From Candidatus Kapaibacterium sp. (GTDB taxonomy: Bacteria; Bacteroidota; Ignavibacteria; Kapaibacteriales; UBA2268), in contig OY761611.1 in the NCBI GenBank assembly GCA_963664875.1, positions 3,424,001-3,488,000 of the forward strand: a DNA stretch of 64,000 nt, written 5' to 3'. Both the position numbers and the translations under genes were made by a program. The notes under the pieces were generated by a model. The model was not told the DNA's origin. It saw only the letters and a list, made by a program, of their open reading frames with translations, and searched no databases. Of this stretch, positions 47,851 through 57,777 are shown one piece after another; positions within the stretch are counted from its first letter, which is position 1; the number at the start of each line of letters is the position of its first letter.

Positions 47851-48017
47851 GATTGTGTAAAGCTGCAGTTAAGCAGCTTGGTATGTGGAAAAAAAAGAGC
47901 CTAAATGCAAGGCTTGCAAAGAAATAATTATGCTTATTTAGAAATTATTTTATAGTTTTGAAAACTGTATTACTTATATATGGCAAATTGTGTTTTTTAC
48001 ACTAAGGTAGTTAACGT

Positions 48018-48362
48018 ATGTCTCAAGTAAAAATTGAACAACAAATCGGCGGCGCCGTCCTTGCACTGAGCGGACAGTTCATTGGCGGAGAAGAAACCGA
48101 TCAGCTAAAAGATGCTTTGAATCAGCTTTCTAATCAGGACACAAAAAAACTTGTGATAGACCTGAAGAATACCAAATACCTCAATTCGACTGCTTTGGGT
48201 ATTCTGATAGCGGCTCACACAAACTTTGTGAAAAGAGACGGAAAAATTGTACTTGCCAACATCAGCAAGTCAATCGAAAATATCTTTATTATCACAAAAT
48301 TGACGGTTGTATTCAATATAGCCGACTCTGTAGAAGAAGCAATTAAATCTTTGTCTAATTAA
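48018..48362 (+). CDS. STAS domain anti-sigma factor antagonist
   Basis: VIDLKNTKYLNSTALGILI, IFIITKL. Confidence 0.88.
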   Translation: MSQVKIEQQIGGAVLALSGQFIGGEETDQLKDALNQLSNQDTKKLVIDLKNTKYLNSTALGILIAAHTNFVKRDGKIVLANISKSIENIFIITKLTVVFNIADSVEEAIKSLSN

Positions 48363-48382
48363 TATAAAAAGTGAGAGGTGTT

Positions 48383-49165
48383 ATGAAAAACCTTTTTAAT
48401 GTTCTAGTGATCGTGTTGTCACTGCTCGCAGCATACTTGTTCTATTACCTTGTAATGGGTAACCCTGCAAACTTTAATGACCCTGAAACTAAACACGAAC
48501 CTAAAGTTGGTAACGTGCTTGGTACTATCTACACAGGCGGTCCGCTTGTAGGTCTTTTGCTTTCTTTCGTTCTTATCTCTATTACTTTTACAATCGAACG
48601 TCAGTTAGTTATGGCTAAAGCTAAAGGTAAAGGCGCTCCTGAAAAATTCATCAAAGAAGTTACTTCTTTGTTGGAACAAGGCAAATTAGATGAAGCTTTA
48701 GATGCTTGCGAAAAACAACGTGGCTCTATGGCTAGTGTACTTCGCTCAGCTATCGCTCGTTTTAAAGAAATCGAAAACGATTCTGAATACTCTACTGAAA
48801 AGAAAATTGCTGAAGTTCAAAGAGCTATAGACGAATCTATGAACTTAGAAACTCCACTTTTGGAAAAAAATCTTGTGTTCCTTTCTACAATCGCATCTAT
48901 CTCTACGATGATCGGTTTGTTGGGTACTACTCTTGGTATGATTCGTGCATTCCAGGCTTTGGCAGAATCAGGTACTGTATCAGCTACTCAGCTTTCTATC
49001 GGTATCTCTGAAGCACTTTACAACACTGCCGGTGGTCTTTTGGGTGCGGTAATTTCTATCATTGCGTATAACTTCTTTACTACTAAAGTAGATAACTTCG
49101 TTTACATGATCGATGAAGCTATCTTGAATGTAACTCAGATATTTACCGTAAGAATCAAAAAATAA
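48383..49165 (+). CDS. exbB: MotA/TolQ/ExbB proton channel protein
   Basis: STIASISTMIGLLGTTLGMIRAF, GISEALYNTA. Confidence 0.92.
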   Translation: MKNLFNVLVIVLSLLAAYLFYYLVMGNPANFNDPETKHEPKVGNVLGTIYTGGPLVGLLLSFVLISITFTIERQLVMAKAKGKGAPEKFIKEVTSLLEQGKLDEALDACEKQRGSMASVLRSAIARFKEIENDSEYSTEKKIAEVQRAIDESMNLETPLLEKNLVFLSTIASISTMIGLLGTTLGMIRAFQALAESGTVSATQLSIGISEALYNTAGGLLGAVISIIAYNFFTTKVDNFVYMIDEAILNVTQIFTVRIKK

Positions 49166-49182
49166 TTTAGAAGGAGTCTTCT

Positions 49183-49701
49183 GTGCCTAAAATTAAGAAG
49201 AAAAGAGTCGGCTTCGTTATCGATATGACTCCATTGGTGGACATCACTTTCCTTCTGCTTACTTTCTTCATGTTTACTGCTAAGTTCAAAACTGAAGCAG
49301 AAAGTGAGCAAAAGTTCGTGGTGCAACGACCACAGGCATCAGCAGATACTTCTAAAGTGCCCGAGCACAATTTGGCTGTAATTTATGTCTCTATCGACTC
49401 GGCTTCTTCTGATACTGTCTATCATTATGCAGTTATCAATGAAGCAGACCGCCAGAGTGTTTACAGCAATATGTCCGAACAGCTGACTCCTGACCAACAG
49501 CAACAAGCTATGCTCAGAGTCGAAAATTTGGACCTCTTGGAAACTTTAATTAAGCAAACTCGTGGGGCTAACCCCAAAACCGAATTTGCAGTTGATGCTG
49601 ATCATAGAATCGAATTCAAATGGGTCGATGATGCCATGGAGCGCCTAAGACGTTCGCAAGCAACAGTGTTTAACTATGTAACTGAGAAAAAAGGCGCTTA
49701 A
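49183..49701 (+). CDS. exbD: ExbD/TolR family protein
   Basis: IDMTPLVDITFLLLTFFM. Confidence 0.9.
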   Translation: MPKIKKKRVGFVIDMTPLVDITFLLLTFFMFTAKFKTEAESEQKFVVQRPQASADTSKVPEHNLAVIYVSIDSASSDTVYHYAVINEADRQSVYSNMSEQLTPDQQQQAMLRVENLDLLETLIKQTRGANPKTEFAVDADHRIEFKWVDDAMERLRRSQATVFNYVTEKKGA

Positions 49702-49800
49702 TTGATTTTTGTGTCTTGGCTCTCTATAGAAAAAAATATGTAACTTTTTTTTGTTGCATAGTGTCTAACTAAAAAAGATAATATTTAAAGGAGAATAATT

Positions 49801-50412
49801 ATGGCTGGTGGCGGTGGTGCCCTCGGTGTAGAAAGATCGAAGAGGGGGAAAGCTTCGAAGCGTAAAAAAATGAAACGCGTCGGTTTTCACCTCGATATGA
49901 CTCCTTTGGTGGATATCACATTCCTGTTGCTGACATTCTTTATGTTTACTACAACTATGGCAGCTCCACAGGTAATGGAAATGTCTATACCGCCTGAAAG
50001 GGAAGAAGAAGTTAAAGTTCGTATGACCGAATTGCTTTCTTTCTTCGTTTTTCACGAAGTAAACCCTACAACAGGCAAAGGTGTTGATAAATTCTACTGG
50101 AGAATCGGTACAGAACCTATGGAACCGATTAAACTTAACGAAGTAAAAGATTTGGCTTTCAGAGAAAATACTTCTAACAGAATAGAACCTAATAAATTGA
50201 TTTTTGCTCTAAAAGTAGATAATAACGCTAACTACGGTGTTGTTGTTAATATTCTTGACGAACTTAATCTGGCTGAAGCTATGATTATGGAAGAATACGC
50301 TAAGAAAACTGACGAAACCGGAAAACCTCTTAAAAGAGAAAGAAGGTTTACTATCGCAAAAATCACTGAAGAAGAAATGGTTGAATTGCAAGCTATGGGA
50401 GGGCAAGAATAA
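49801..50412 (+). CDS. exbD: ExbD/TolR family protein (second)
   Basis: LDMTPLVDITFLLLTFFM; YGVVVNILDEL. Confidence 0.9.
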   Translation: MAGGGGALGVERSKRGKASKRKKMKRVGFHLDMTPLVDITFLLLTFFMFTTTMAAPQVMEMSIPPEREEEVKVRMTELLSFFVFHEVNPTTGKGVDKFYWRIGTEPMEPIKLNEVKDLAFRENTSNRIEPNKLIFALKVDNNANYGVVVNILDELNLAEAMIMEEYAKKTDETGKPLKRERRFTIAKITEEEMVELQAMGGQE

Positions 50413-51194
50413 TGGCTGTTGTTGTAACTATGCCTGAACGTCATACCTATGGTGCGGTTGAGATAAAACAACTGATCAGAAAATACACTATCAGAGGCTT
50501 TATCTATACCATTCTCATTTTTGGTCTTACTATGGGAGCTTACCTTGCGTCGGTTACTATCGAAGCCGGCTCAGGTAAAAAGATGAAACTTGCTCCTATT
50601 CAAAAAATTAAACTCGATCAGTTGCCTCCTCCACAATCTGATGCTCCTGCGGAAGCTCCGCCTCCACAGCAGATCCAGCAGATTGTGCATTCAGGTCCGG
50701 CTGCTCGTGCGGGTACTCCTGTGCCGGTGCCGGATGCTGAGATTACTCCTGATATGCAGGACTTCGCTACTATTGACGTAATGTCCAGAGCTTCTTCCGA
50801 AGGTGGCGATGGCGTGGATCTTGGTGGTTTTGCTGACAATATCGATTTCGATGCAAAAGATATCAAAGTTCAGGCTCCTGTAGAAGAACCGGATCCGGAT
50901 GAATTTATTGCTGTTGAAGAAGAAGCTAACTTAGATCTTCCTTCTTTGCAGAAAGTTGTAAAATATCCTGACTTGGCTCGACGTGCAGGTGTAGAAGGTA
51001 CTGTATATGTGAAAGTTCTTATTGGTAAAGACGGCAAACCTAAGAAAACACTTATTGAGCATAGCGATAACGAATTGCTCAATAAAGCGGCTCAGGAAGC
51101 TGTTATGAAATACCGTGGCTACACTCCGGGTATCCAAAACGGTAACCCTATACAGATGTGGATTTCTATTCCAATCGAGTTTAGATTAAACTAA
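50412..51194 (+). CDS. tonB: TonB energy transducer
   Basis: N-terminal TM, Pro-rich linker, YPDLARRAGVEGTV...IPIEFRL. Confidence 0.92.
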   Translation: MAVVVTMPERHTYGAVEIKQLIRKYTIRGFIYTILIFGLTMGAYLASVTIEAGSGKKMKLAPIQKIKLDQLPPPQSDAPAEAPPPQQIQQIVHSGPAARAGTPVPVPDAEITPDMQDFATIDVMSRASSEGGDGVDLGGFADNIDFDAKDIKVQAPVEEPDPDEFIAVEEEANLDLPSLQKVVKYPDLARRAGVEGTVYVKVLIGKDGKPKKTLIEHSDNELLNKAAQEAVMKYRGYTPGIQNGNPIQMWISIPIEFRLN

Positions 51195-51298
51195 TATGTT
51201 TTTGGCAGCAGCATCGCTTCTCAAATAGAGGCGATGCCTGCCCAAAACATAAAACTTAACATTGGTCAGACAAAAACCAAAAATGTGTATGACAAAAC

Positions 51299-51337
51299 AA
51301 AAAGTATAATATGTTTTTCCAAAGTATTATACTTTTT
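51299..51337 (+). terminator. AT-rich terminator-like hairpin after tonB
   Basis: AAAAAGTATAATA...TATTATACTTTTT. Confidence 0.5.
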
Positions 51338-51390
51338 ATTTTGCCACAACCAAGGCAAACCAATTTTCCAAACTACAAGCTGATTGTTTA

Positions 51391-51672
51391 ATGAAAACTG
51401 CAGATAGCAAAAGAAAAAGTTTTGATTTCGATTTGATTATGAAAGTAATCAATTACTCTCTCAGGTCATTTATTTTGATACTCGGGATAGTTTTTGCTCT
51501 CGGTCTTATCGAAATGCAGAATATGGATCCTACTATGGTCAGAGTCTTTGGCGGTATCATGATTCTTTTCGGTGCTTACAGATTATCTATGTACCACCTG
51601 ATAGTCAAAAGACAGGCTATCGAAGAAAAATATGCGGAATTGGACGAAGAAAGAGACAATCTCGATAACTAA
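51391..51672 (+). CDS. Small two-TM hypothetical protein
   Basis: Two hydrophobic helices; FGAYRL motif. Confidence 0.65.
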   Translation: MKTADSKRKSFDFDLIMKVINYSLRSFILILGIVFALGLIEMQNMDPTMVRVFGGIMILFGAYRLSMYHLIVKRQAIEEKYAELDEERDNLDN

Positions 51673-51687
51673 TTAAACAACTACCTG

Positions 51688-52521
51688 ATGATACTTAAAT
51701 CCCTTATATTTTTAAGTTTATTTTTTACTATGCTTTTCACTTTATCTGCTGAAGACACACCGGCAGATACTACTGTTTTGCAAGAAGTAGAAGAAGTAGC
51801 TACGTTGGATTTAGATAAGTTGAGTTTGTGCGTAAACTATCCGGAAGATGCGCGAAGAGCTGAAATGGAAGGAACTGTTTATTTAAAATGCTTGATAGAT
51901 GAGCAAGCCAATTTAGACAAACTTGTAGTAGAGTATGCAGATCATGATTATCTGATTGAGGAAGCTATTAATGGTCTGAAACAGTTTAAATCTTGGACTG
52001 CTGGCGTGAAGGGTGGAAAAAAAATCAAAATTTGGATATCTATCCCTATTGAATTTAAGTTGCAAAGTAGTTCATTCTTTGCTGACTTAGTTGCCTGGAT
52101 TTTCGGCGGAGCAGACGAAGCAAAGATAAAACTACTTAATGATAATGCAATGTATCATGTTGGTGATGTTGTCGAAATTGCAAGAAACAGTAGATTAGGC
52201 ATAAACAATAAGCTCCCTGTCAGATATTTGAATTTAGACAAGAAACCAAAAGTCCTTGCAAAGCTTCTTGCTGAGCTATTAGTAGGCAATACTTTTCCTC
52301 ATGAAAAACTAATAGATAAAGATACTAAAATCAAAGTTAAGGTGTTGATAGATCAAATCGGAAATCCTATGGACGTGAAGATTCTTGAGTCCAACTACAA
52401 AGAGTTAGAACAGTCAGTGATTGACTTGATAAAGAATCACCAATTTGAGCCGTACCAAAGAAACGGTATAAATTATTACGCAGATTTAGTATTTACAATT
52501 ACTGTTGATCCAAAAATTTGA
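51688..52521 (+). CDS. Protein with two TonB C-terminal domains
   Basis: Signal peptide; YPEDARRAEMEGTV...IPIEFKL; second degenerate TonB_C (VKVLIDQIG...FEP). Confidence 0.8.
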   Translation: MILKSLIFLSLFFTMLFTLSAEDTPADTTVLQEVEEVATLDLDKLSLCVNYPEDARRAEMEGTVYLKCLIDEQANLDKLVVEYADHDYLIEEAINGLKQFKSWTAGVKGGKKIKIWISIPIEFKLQSSSFFADLVAWIFGGADEAKIKLLNDNAMYHVGDVVEIARNSRLGINNKLPVRYLNLDKKPKVLAKLLAELLVGNTFPHEKLIDKDTKIKVKVLIDQIGNPMDVKILESNYKELEQSVIDLIKNHQFEPYQRNGINYYADLVFTITVDPKI

Positions 52522-52541
52522 GATAGTAAAGAATATATATT

Positions 52542-53060
52542 ATGAAAACACTTTACTCAATATTGTTGCTTACATTGTTTGTGTTGCCTTCAGCTTTATT
52601 TGCCGAAGAAACTAAAACAGATACTTTGCGTTTTAACGATAAAGAGATAGTTAAAACTTACGATGGCAAGTTTATCTATGTAAATAAACATCTTTATGAT
52701 TCGACTGATGTAGAGGATATAAAGTTAGAGCCTGATGTATTTGTTCCGTGTCAGGAAGAGGCAAATTTAGATTTGAATAAATTAGCATCTCTTGTTGTCT
52801 ATCCTCCTCTTGCAAGAAGAGCAGGAATTATGGGCACAGCGTATGTAAAATGCTTAATTGGCAGAAACGATAAAGTACTAATAGTGATAATAGAGTTTTC
52901 CGACAACGAATTGCTCAACGAAGCTGCTATCAATGCTGTAATCTCTTGCGATACTTGGACGGCAGCAGTGCAAAAAGGACAAAAAATTCCAATGTGGATT
53001 TCTGTTCCAATAGAATTTAAGTTGAACGAAAGTAAAAAAGAAACTGAAGATAACGATTGA
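52542..53060 (+). CDS. Protein with a TonB C-terminal domain
   Basis: Signal peptide ending ALFA; YPPLARRAGIMGT...VPIEFKL. Confidence 0.82.
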   Translation: MKTLYSILLLTLFVLPSALFAEETKTDTLRFNDKEIVKTYDGKFIYVNKHLYDSTDVEDIKLEPDVFVPCQEEANLDLNKLASLVVYPPLARRAGIMGTAYVKCLIGRNDKVLIVIIEFSDNELLNEAAINAVISCDTWTAAVQKGQKIPMWISVPIEFKLNESKKETEDND

Positions 53061-53146
53061 TATATTAGGTTTGCGATTGAGCTAATCATTCTGAATCATA
53101 ACTTTTGAGATTGACATTAGTATAAATTATATAGAGGTTCTCCGAT

Positions 53147-54046
53147 ATGAAAAATCTAATAATGCTTCTATTCCTTGGGCTAATAGTTTCCTGCGGCAAG
53201 AGTGAGCAAAGCGGAGAAGAACCGGCAGAATCTATGAGCAAAGGCGAAATTACCATAGTTTGTGATGAAGCTATCAAACATGTGATGGATCCGGCTATTG
53301 ATATGTACGACGCTAAATACAAAGATGTTAAGGTTAGCAAAGAGTTTATAAATGCACGCGGAGTGATGCAAAAGTTGCTTTCCGGCGAAGCAAGGTTAGT
53401 AATCAATTCGAGAGATTACCTTCGCGACGAAGACTCTCTTATGAAAGCTTACGGCATGGAACCTCATAAAAAAATGGCTATTGCCTCTGACGGGCTTGTG
53501 TTTTTTACTCAACGCAACTTCCCGACTGATACATTGTCTGTAGAGGAAATTGAAGCAGCTCTTACAAGCGGTTTGCAACTTAAATCAATATACAATATGG
53601 CTCAGGAACCGAAGTTTGCATTCCCTGATGTAAACAGCTCAGTATATTATCATTTATACAAACAGGCAGCAAAAGAAAAAAGCATTACCCGAAGCGCTGA
53701 GTACTTCAAAGATACTGATTCGCTTATACAATATGTAAAAAATAACAACGCTGTGGGCGTAGCGCTAATGTCACAAGTTACCAAAGATACCACTTTGAAG
53801 ATGTTGAGATTGGGTTTCACCAATAAAGACAAGAAACGCATCTATCCACAGACAGTTCACCCGGGCTATATCGTACAGGATATGTACCCGTTCAAAATTA
53901 CATACTATGCTTACCTCAAAGAGCAAAGACGCAATCTGCCTTTCTGGTTTGCAAGGTATTTGGAGCAAGACAGGGAAGCACAAAAATACTTCCTTGATGC
54001 AGGAATTTTACCCGAATATGCAAAATTAGTGTTAAAACAAAATTAG
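53147..54046 (+). CDS. PstS-like substrate-binding lipoprotein
   Basis: Lipobox IVSC; GEITIVCDE, IASDG, YP; usual position after tonB in this cluster. Confidence 0.8.
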   Translation: MKNLIMLLFLGLIVSCGKSEQSGEEPAESMSKGEITIVCDEAIKHVMDPAIDMYDAKYKDVKVSKEFINARGVMQKLLSGEARLVINSRDYLRDEDSLMKAYGMEPHKKMAIASDGLVFFTQRNFPTDTLSVEEIEAALTSGLQLKSIYNMAQEPKFAFPDVNSSVYYHLYKQAAKEKSITRSAEYFKDTDSLIQYVKNNNAVGVALMSQVTKDTTLKMLRLGFTNKDKKRIYPQTVHPGYIVQDMYPFKITYYAYLKEQRRNLPFWFARYLEQDREAQKYFLDAGILPEYAKLVLKQN

Positions 54047-54061
54047 AAGGACTAAGTACTA

Positions 54062-55792
54062 ATGAAATTATTAGCTTCATTATTACTCGCACTCACTTTA
54101 AGCTTTAGTAGCTTATTTGCACAATCAGCAGCAGATCAGGTCAGAAGCTATCTTGCTGACAAGGATTACGAAAAAGCTTCTGAATTTATCGATCAGGCAA
54201 TCAAAGAAAATCGTAAAGATATCGATTTGCATTTGACTTGCGGCGATATTTATTATGAATTGGAACAGTACCAAAAAGCTTTGGAACTTTATGAAAAAGC
54301 TGACGATTTGGACAGCGATGAGCCAAAAATCATGCGTAAAGTTGCTTCTGCATACTCTGCAATCGGCAATCACACTAAAGCTATGAAAGTGCTCGACGAA
54401 GCCATCAAAGAAAATGATAAAGATATCGATACTTGGCTACAATTAGGTAAAGCTCTTATTGCAGCAGATTCTTTGAAAGCAGCAGAAATAAAAATCACAA
54501 AAGCAAAAGCAATGGACGAATCCAACCCGGAAACATACATTGTGCTTGGTGATTTGTATTTCGCTAAAAGAGTTTATCCTTTGGCTTGCTCTAACTACGA
54601 AGAAGCTCTCAAAAAAGACGAACAAAATGTGCAGGCTCGTATCAATCTTGCTATAAGCTATGGCAAAATGGCAAATGTTGAGATGGATGATGATTTGAGA
54701 AACGAATTATTCAAAAAATCTTTGGTAGAATGGAACACTGTAACAAAACAGGATCCTAAAAATGCTAAAGCATTTTTCGAACAAGGTAGAATCTTCTACT
54801 ATGCTAAGCAATACAAAGAATCAGCAGCCTCTCTTTTGAAATTCGTAGAGCTAAGACCTTCCGGCTCTCTTGGCAGATGGATGCTTGCACAGTCTCTTTA
54901 CGAAATCGGTGCCTGCGACTCAGCAAGAACTCACCTCGAAATTTCAGCAGAGCAGATAGATACAGTTAAAACTAAAGCTAAACTCCTATTGGCTCGTTGC
55001 TTCTACGATAAAAAAGAATATGCACAATCATTCGAAGCATATACTGTAGTTGCTGCAAACTCAGAAATGGAAATGAAAGACGTACGTAGCTTTGGTACTG
55101 CAGCTCTTTTTGCAGGCGATACTACAAAAGCTATCGAATTGTGGAACAAAGCAATCGATATGGATCCTGAAGGCAACTGCCAGCTTATGTTCCTTGTGGG
55201 TACTCAGCTAAACAAGATGAAAATGTACGGAGACGCAGTTACAGTCCTAAAAAGAAGACTTGCTACTGCTTCTTGCACAGATAGGCTTTCAGAAACGAAC
55301 TTTACTATTGGTACAGCTATATTCTTCGATGCTTCGCAGGATACTATCGTAGCGAACAGAGCACAAACTGCCTTGCCATATATGCTCAAAGCAGTAGAGC
55401 AAGACACAAATAATCTCTGGGCTTCAATTTACCTTGGAGACGTATATGCGGCTTTGGACTCTATGCCAAAAGCAAAAGAAGCATTCAGATTTGCTATTGA
55501 CGTAGCAGCAGCTGACACATCATCTGCACAAAACAAATCAGTAATGCAGCAGGCATTCTTCAAAATGACAAATATGGCATTGGAAGCAAAAAACTGGGCA
55601 GAAGTAACAAAAGTAGCAAAAGAATGGTCAGATATGAGTCCTGACTCAGAATATGCATTCTTATTCCTTGCATTTGGTAACCAAGGACTTCAAAATACTG
55701 ATGCAGCTTGCATCGCGTATAGAAAAGTGCTTAGAATAAATCCAAAAAATACAACAGCATCTAAAAATTTAAATGCGTTGCAATGCAAATAA
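54062..55792 (+). CDS. Secreted tetratricopeptide repeat protein
   Basis: Signal peptide; many TPR units (LGDLY, YEEALKKD, YRKVLRINPKN). Confidence 0.88.
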   Translation: MKLLASLLLALTLSFSSLFAQSAADQVRSYLADKDYEKASEFIDQAIKENRKDIDLHLTCGDIYYELEQYQKALELYEKADDLDSDEPKIMRKVASAYSAIGNHTKAMKVLDEAIKENDKDIDTWLQLGKALIAADSLKAAEIKITKAKAMDESNPETYIVLGDLYFAKRVYPLACSNYEEALKKDEQNVQARINLAISYGKMANVEMDDDLRNELFKKSLVEWNTVTKQDPKNAKAFFEQGRIFYYAKQYKESAASLLKFVELRPSGSLGRWMLAQSLYEIGACDSARTHLEISAEQIDTVKTKAKLLLARCFYDKKEYAQSFEAYTVVAANSEMEMKDVRSFGTAALFAGDTTKAIELWNKAIDMDPEGNCQLMFLVGTQLNKMKMYGDAVTVLKRRLATASCTDRLSETNFTIGTAIFFDASQDTIVANRAQTALPYMLKAVEQDTNNLWASIYLGDVYAALDSMPKAKEAFRFAIDVAAADTSSAQNKSVMQQAFFKMTNMALEAKNWAEVTKVAKEWSDMSPDSEYAFLFLAFGNQGLQNTDAACIAYRKVLRINPKNTTASKNLNALQCK

Positions 55793-55907
55793 TCGCATAA
55801 TGTTAAGAGAAAATGGAGACTTTGTTGATAAGTCTCCTTTTTTCGTTTTGTATTTTTCGTAAATCATTACTATCTTTGTAAGATACATTTTAGGCGGTAG
55901 TGTAAAA

Positions 55908-56447
55908 ATGTTACAGATAATGATCAAAGGCATAGGCGACGGAACTTATGATATTGATACAGCCTGTGCAGTCGGAAGATTAAAAGGTATATATCCGGAG
56001 TTTTACGGCGAAGTAACACTCAAAGGAACGCTGAAAATACTCGGCAAACGATACACAATAGATGCTCAGGTGAGCAGCATGGCAAAACTTCTTTGTGATG
56101 TATCTCTCGAAGATTACAACGAAGAAATAAGTGCTGATATTTCCGTAGCTTATTTGGCTAATACTGACTTATATTATGCTCGCCAAGACGAGGATAACGA
56201 AGATTTCGAGACAGAAATCGTAATCCATGAGGATGACAAATTCATCGACCTCACAGAAGAGGTAACTCAGCAGCTAAATGTGTCATTGCCTATGAAAAGG
56301 GTAGCTCCTAAATATCGCGATAAAGAGCTTGAAGAGATATACCCTGAGTTTACAGATTCGAGCGATAAAGATAATACAGAAAATAAAGACCAAAATGAAG
56401 ATATAGACGAACGATGGTCTGCATTAAAGAAATTAAAACTTAATTAG
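55908..56447 (+). CDS. YceD/DUF177 family protein
   Basis: CDVSL, IDLTEEV, LPMK, IDERWSALKKL; upstream of rpmF. Confidence 0.9.
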   Translation: MLQIMIKGIGDGTYDIDTACAVGRLKGIYPEFYGEVTLKGTLKILGKRYTIDAQVSSMAKLLCDVSLEDYNEEISADISVAYLANTDLYYARQDEDNEDFETEIVIHEDDKFIDLTEEVTQQLNVSLPMKRVAPKYRDKELEEIYPEFTDSSDKDNTENKDQNEDIDERWSALKKLKLN

Positions 56448-56470
56448 ATAATTACATAAGGGATGGAACA

Positions 56471-56647
56471 ATGCCACAACCTAAAAGAAAAACTTCTAAA
56501 ACCCGTAGAGATAAAAGACGTACTCACTACAAAGCTACGCCTAAGACAGTAAACACTTGTCCTCAGTGTGCGTCTCCAAAATTATCTCATGCAGCTTGTC
56601 CTGAATGCGGATATTACAACGGACGTAAAATACTTGCTGCTGTTTAA
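56471..56647 (+). CDS. rpmF: 50S ribosomal protein L32
   Basis: Hand translation MPQPKRKTSKTRRDKRRTHYKATPKTVNTCPQCASPKLSHAACPECGYYNGRKILAAV (58 aa, below the ORF cutoff). Confidence 0.97.
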   Translation: MPQPKRKTSKTRRDKRRTHYKATPKTVNTCPQCASPKLSHAACPECGYYNGRKILAAV

Positions 56648-56659
56648 TATTCATAGTTT

Positions 56660-56700
56660 AAAAAAGTACCCGCTATTTTGATGTAGCAGGTACTTTTTTT
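56660..56700 (+). terminator. Intrinsic terminator after rpmF
   Basis: AAAAAAGTACCCGCTA...TAGCAGGTACTTTTTT. Confidence 0.75.
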
Positions 56701-56730
56701 ATTAATAATAAACCGAGGTTTATTTTTCAG

Positions 56731-57747
56731 ATGAACTCAAACGACAACAAAGTAATTAAAATAGCCATCGACGCAATGGGAGGGGACTTTGCACCCCTAA
56801 ACGAAGTAATCGGCGGGCTTAATGCTTTAAAAAATAAACCATATTTAGAAGTTATCTTTGTAGGCGACGAAACGCAAATCAAAAAAACAATTTCCGAACA
56901 GGGATATTCCGGAAAAAACTATTCCATACTTCATGCCTCGCAGGTAGTTACTATGAAAGACGACCCTGCTGTAGCTATCAAAACCAAAAAAGATTCCTCT
57001 CTTTACAAAGGTATCGACTTAGTCAAATCAGGTTCTGCTGACGGATTTATTTCCGCAGGCAATACCGGTGCGGTGATGAGCACTTCTACTATTTTGCTCG
57101 GCAGAATAAAAGGAGTAGGCAGGCCGACTATTGGCACATTTATGCCAACAGTCAAAGACCGCCCGTCTTTGCTCTTAGATGTCGGTGCATCAGTAGATCA
57201 AAAAAGTCGTTTCCTTTACGAATATGCCATCATGGGAGCAATTTATGCAGAGCAGATTCTCGGTATAAATAACCCAAAAGTAGGTTTGCTAAGCGTAGGC
57301 GAAGAAGCCTCGAAAGGTACAGAGGAAGTGAAACTTGCCAATAAAATTTTGCAGGAAAGCGAACTTAATTTCATTGGCAACGTAGAAGGAAGAGATATAC
57401 TTGCAGGTACTTCTGACATTGTCGTATGCGATGGTTTCACCGGAAATGTTATATTGAAATTTGCAGAAAGTTTCCTTACTGTACTTAAGAGTAAAATAAA
57501 AGATTTTTCTGAAAGAGGGATTTTTAATAAATTGAAAGTCGCTCTAATGGTACCAACTCTAAAGTTGATACTAAAAGACTTCGATTATCAGACTTATGGC
57601 GGAGTTCCTCTGCTAGGTGTCAATGGTAATATAATAATAGGGCACGGCAAATCGTCCCCTATAGCCATTGAAAACATGATCAACAGAGCCATTGAAATGA
57701 CTCAAAAAGATCTGACCAATAAGCTTTTCGAAGCACTTAATAAGTAA
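56731..57747 (+). CDS. plsX: Phosphate acyltransferase PlsX
   Basis: IAIDAMGGDFAP, SAGNTGA, FIGNVEG, VCDGFTGN, GHGKS. Confidence 0.97.
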   Translation: MNSNDNKVIKIAIDAMGGDFAPLNEVIGGLNALKNKPYLEVIFVGDETQIKKTISEQGYSGKNYSILHASQVVTMKDDPAVAIKTKKDSSLYKGIDLVKSGSADGFISAGNTGAVMSTSTILLGRIKGVGRPTIGTFMPTVKDRPSLLLDVGASVDQKSRFLYEYAIMGAIYAEQILGINNPKVGLLSVGEEASKGTEEVKLANKILQESELNFIGNVEGRDILAGTSDIVVCDGFTGNVILKFAESFLTVLKSKIKDFSERGIFNKLKVALMVPTLKLILKDFDYQTYGGVPLLGVNGNIIIGHGKSSPIAIENMINRAIEMTQKDLTNKLFEALNK

Positions 57748-57777
57748 TAAATTTGCATAACAATAGAAAATTGAATC

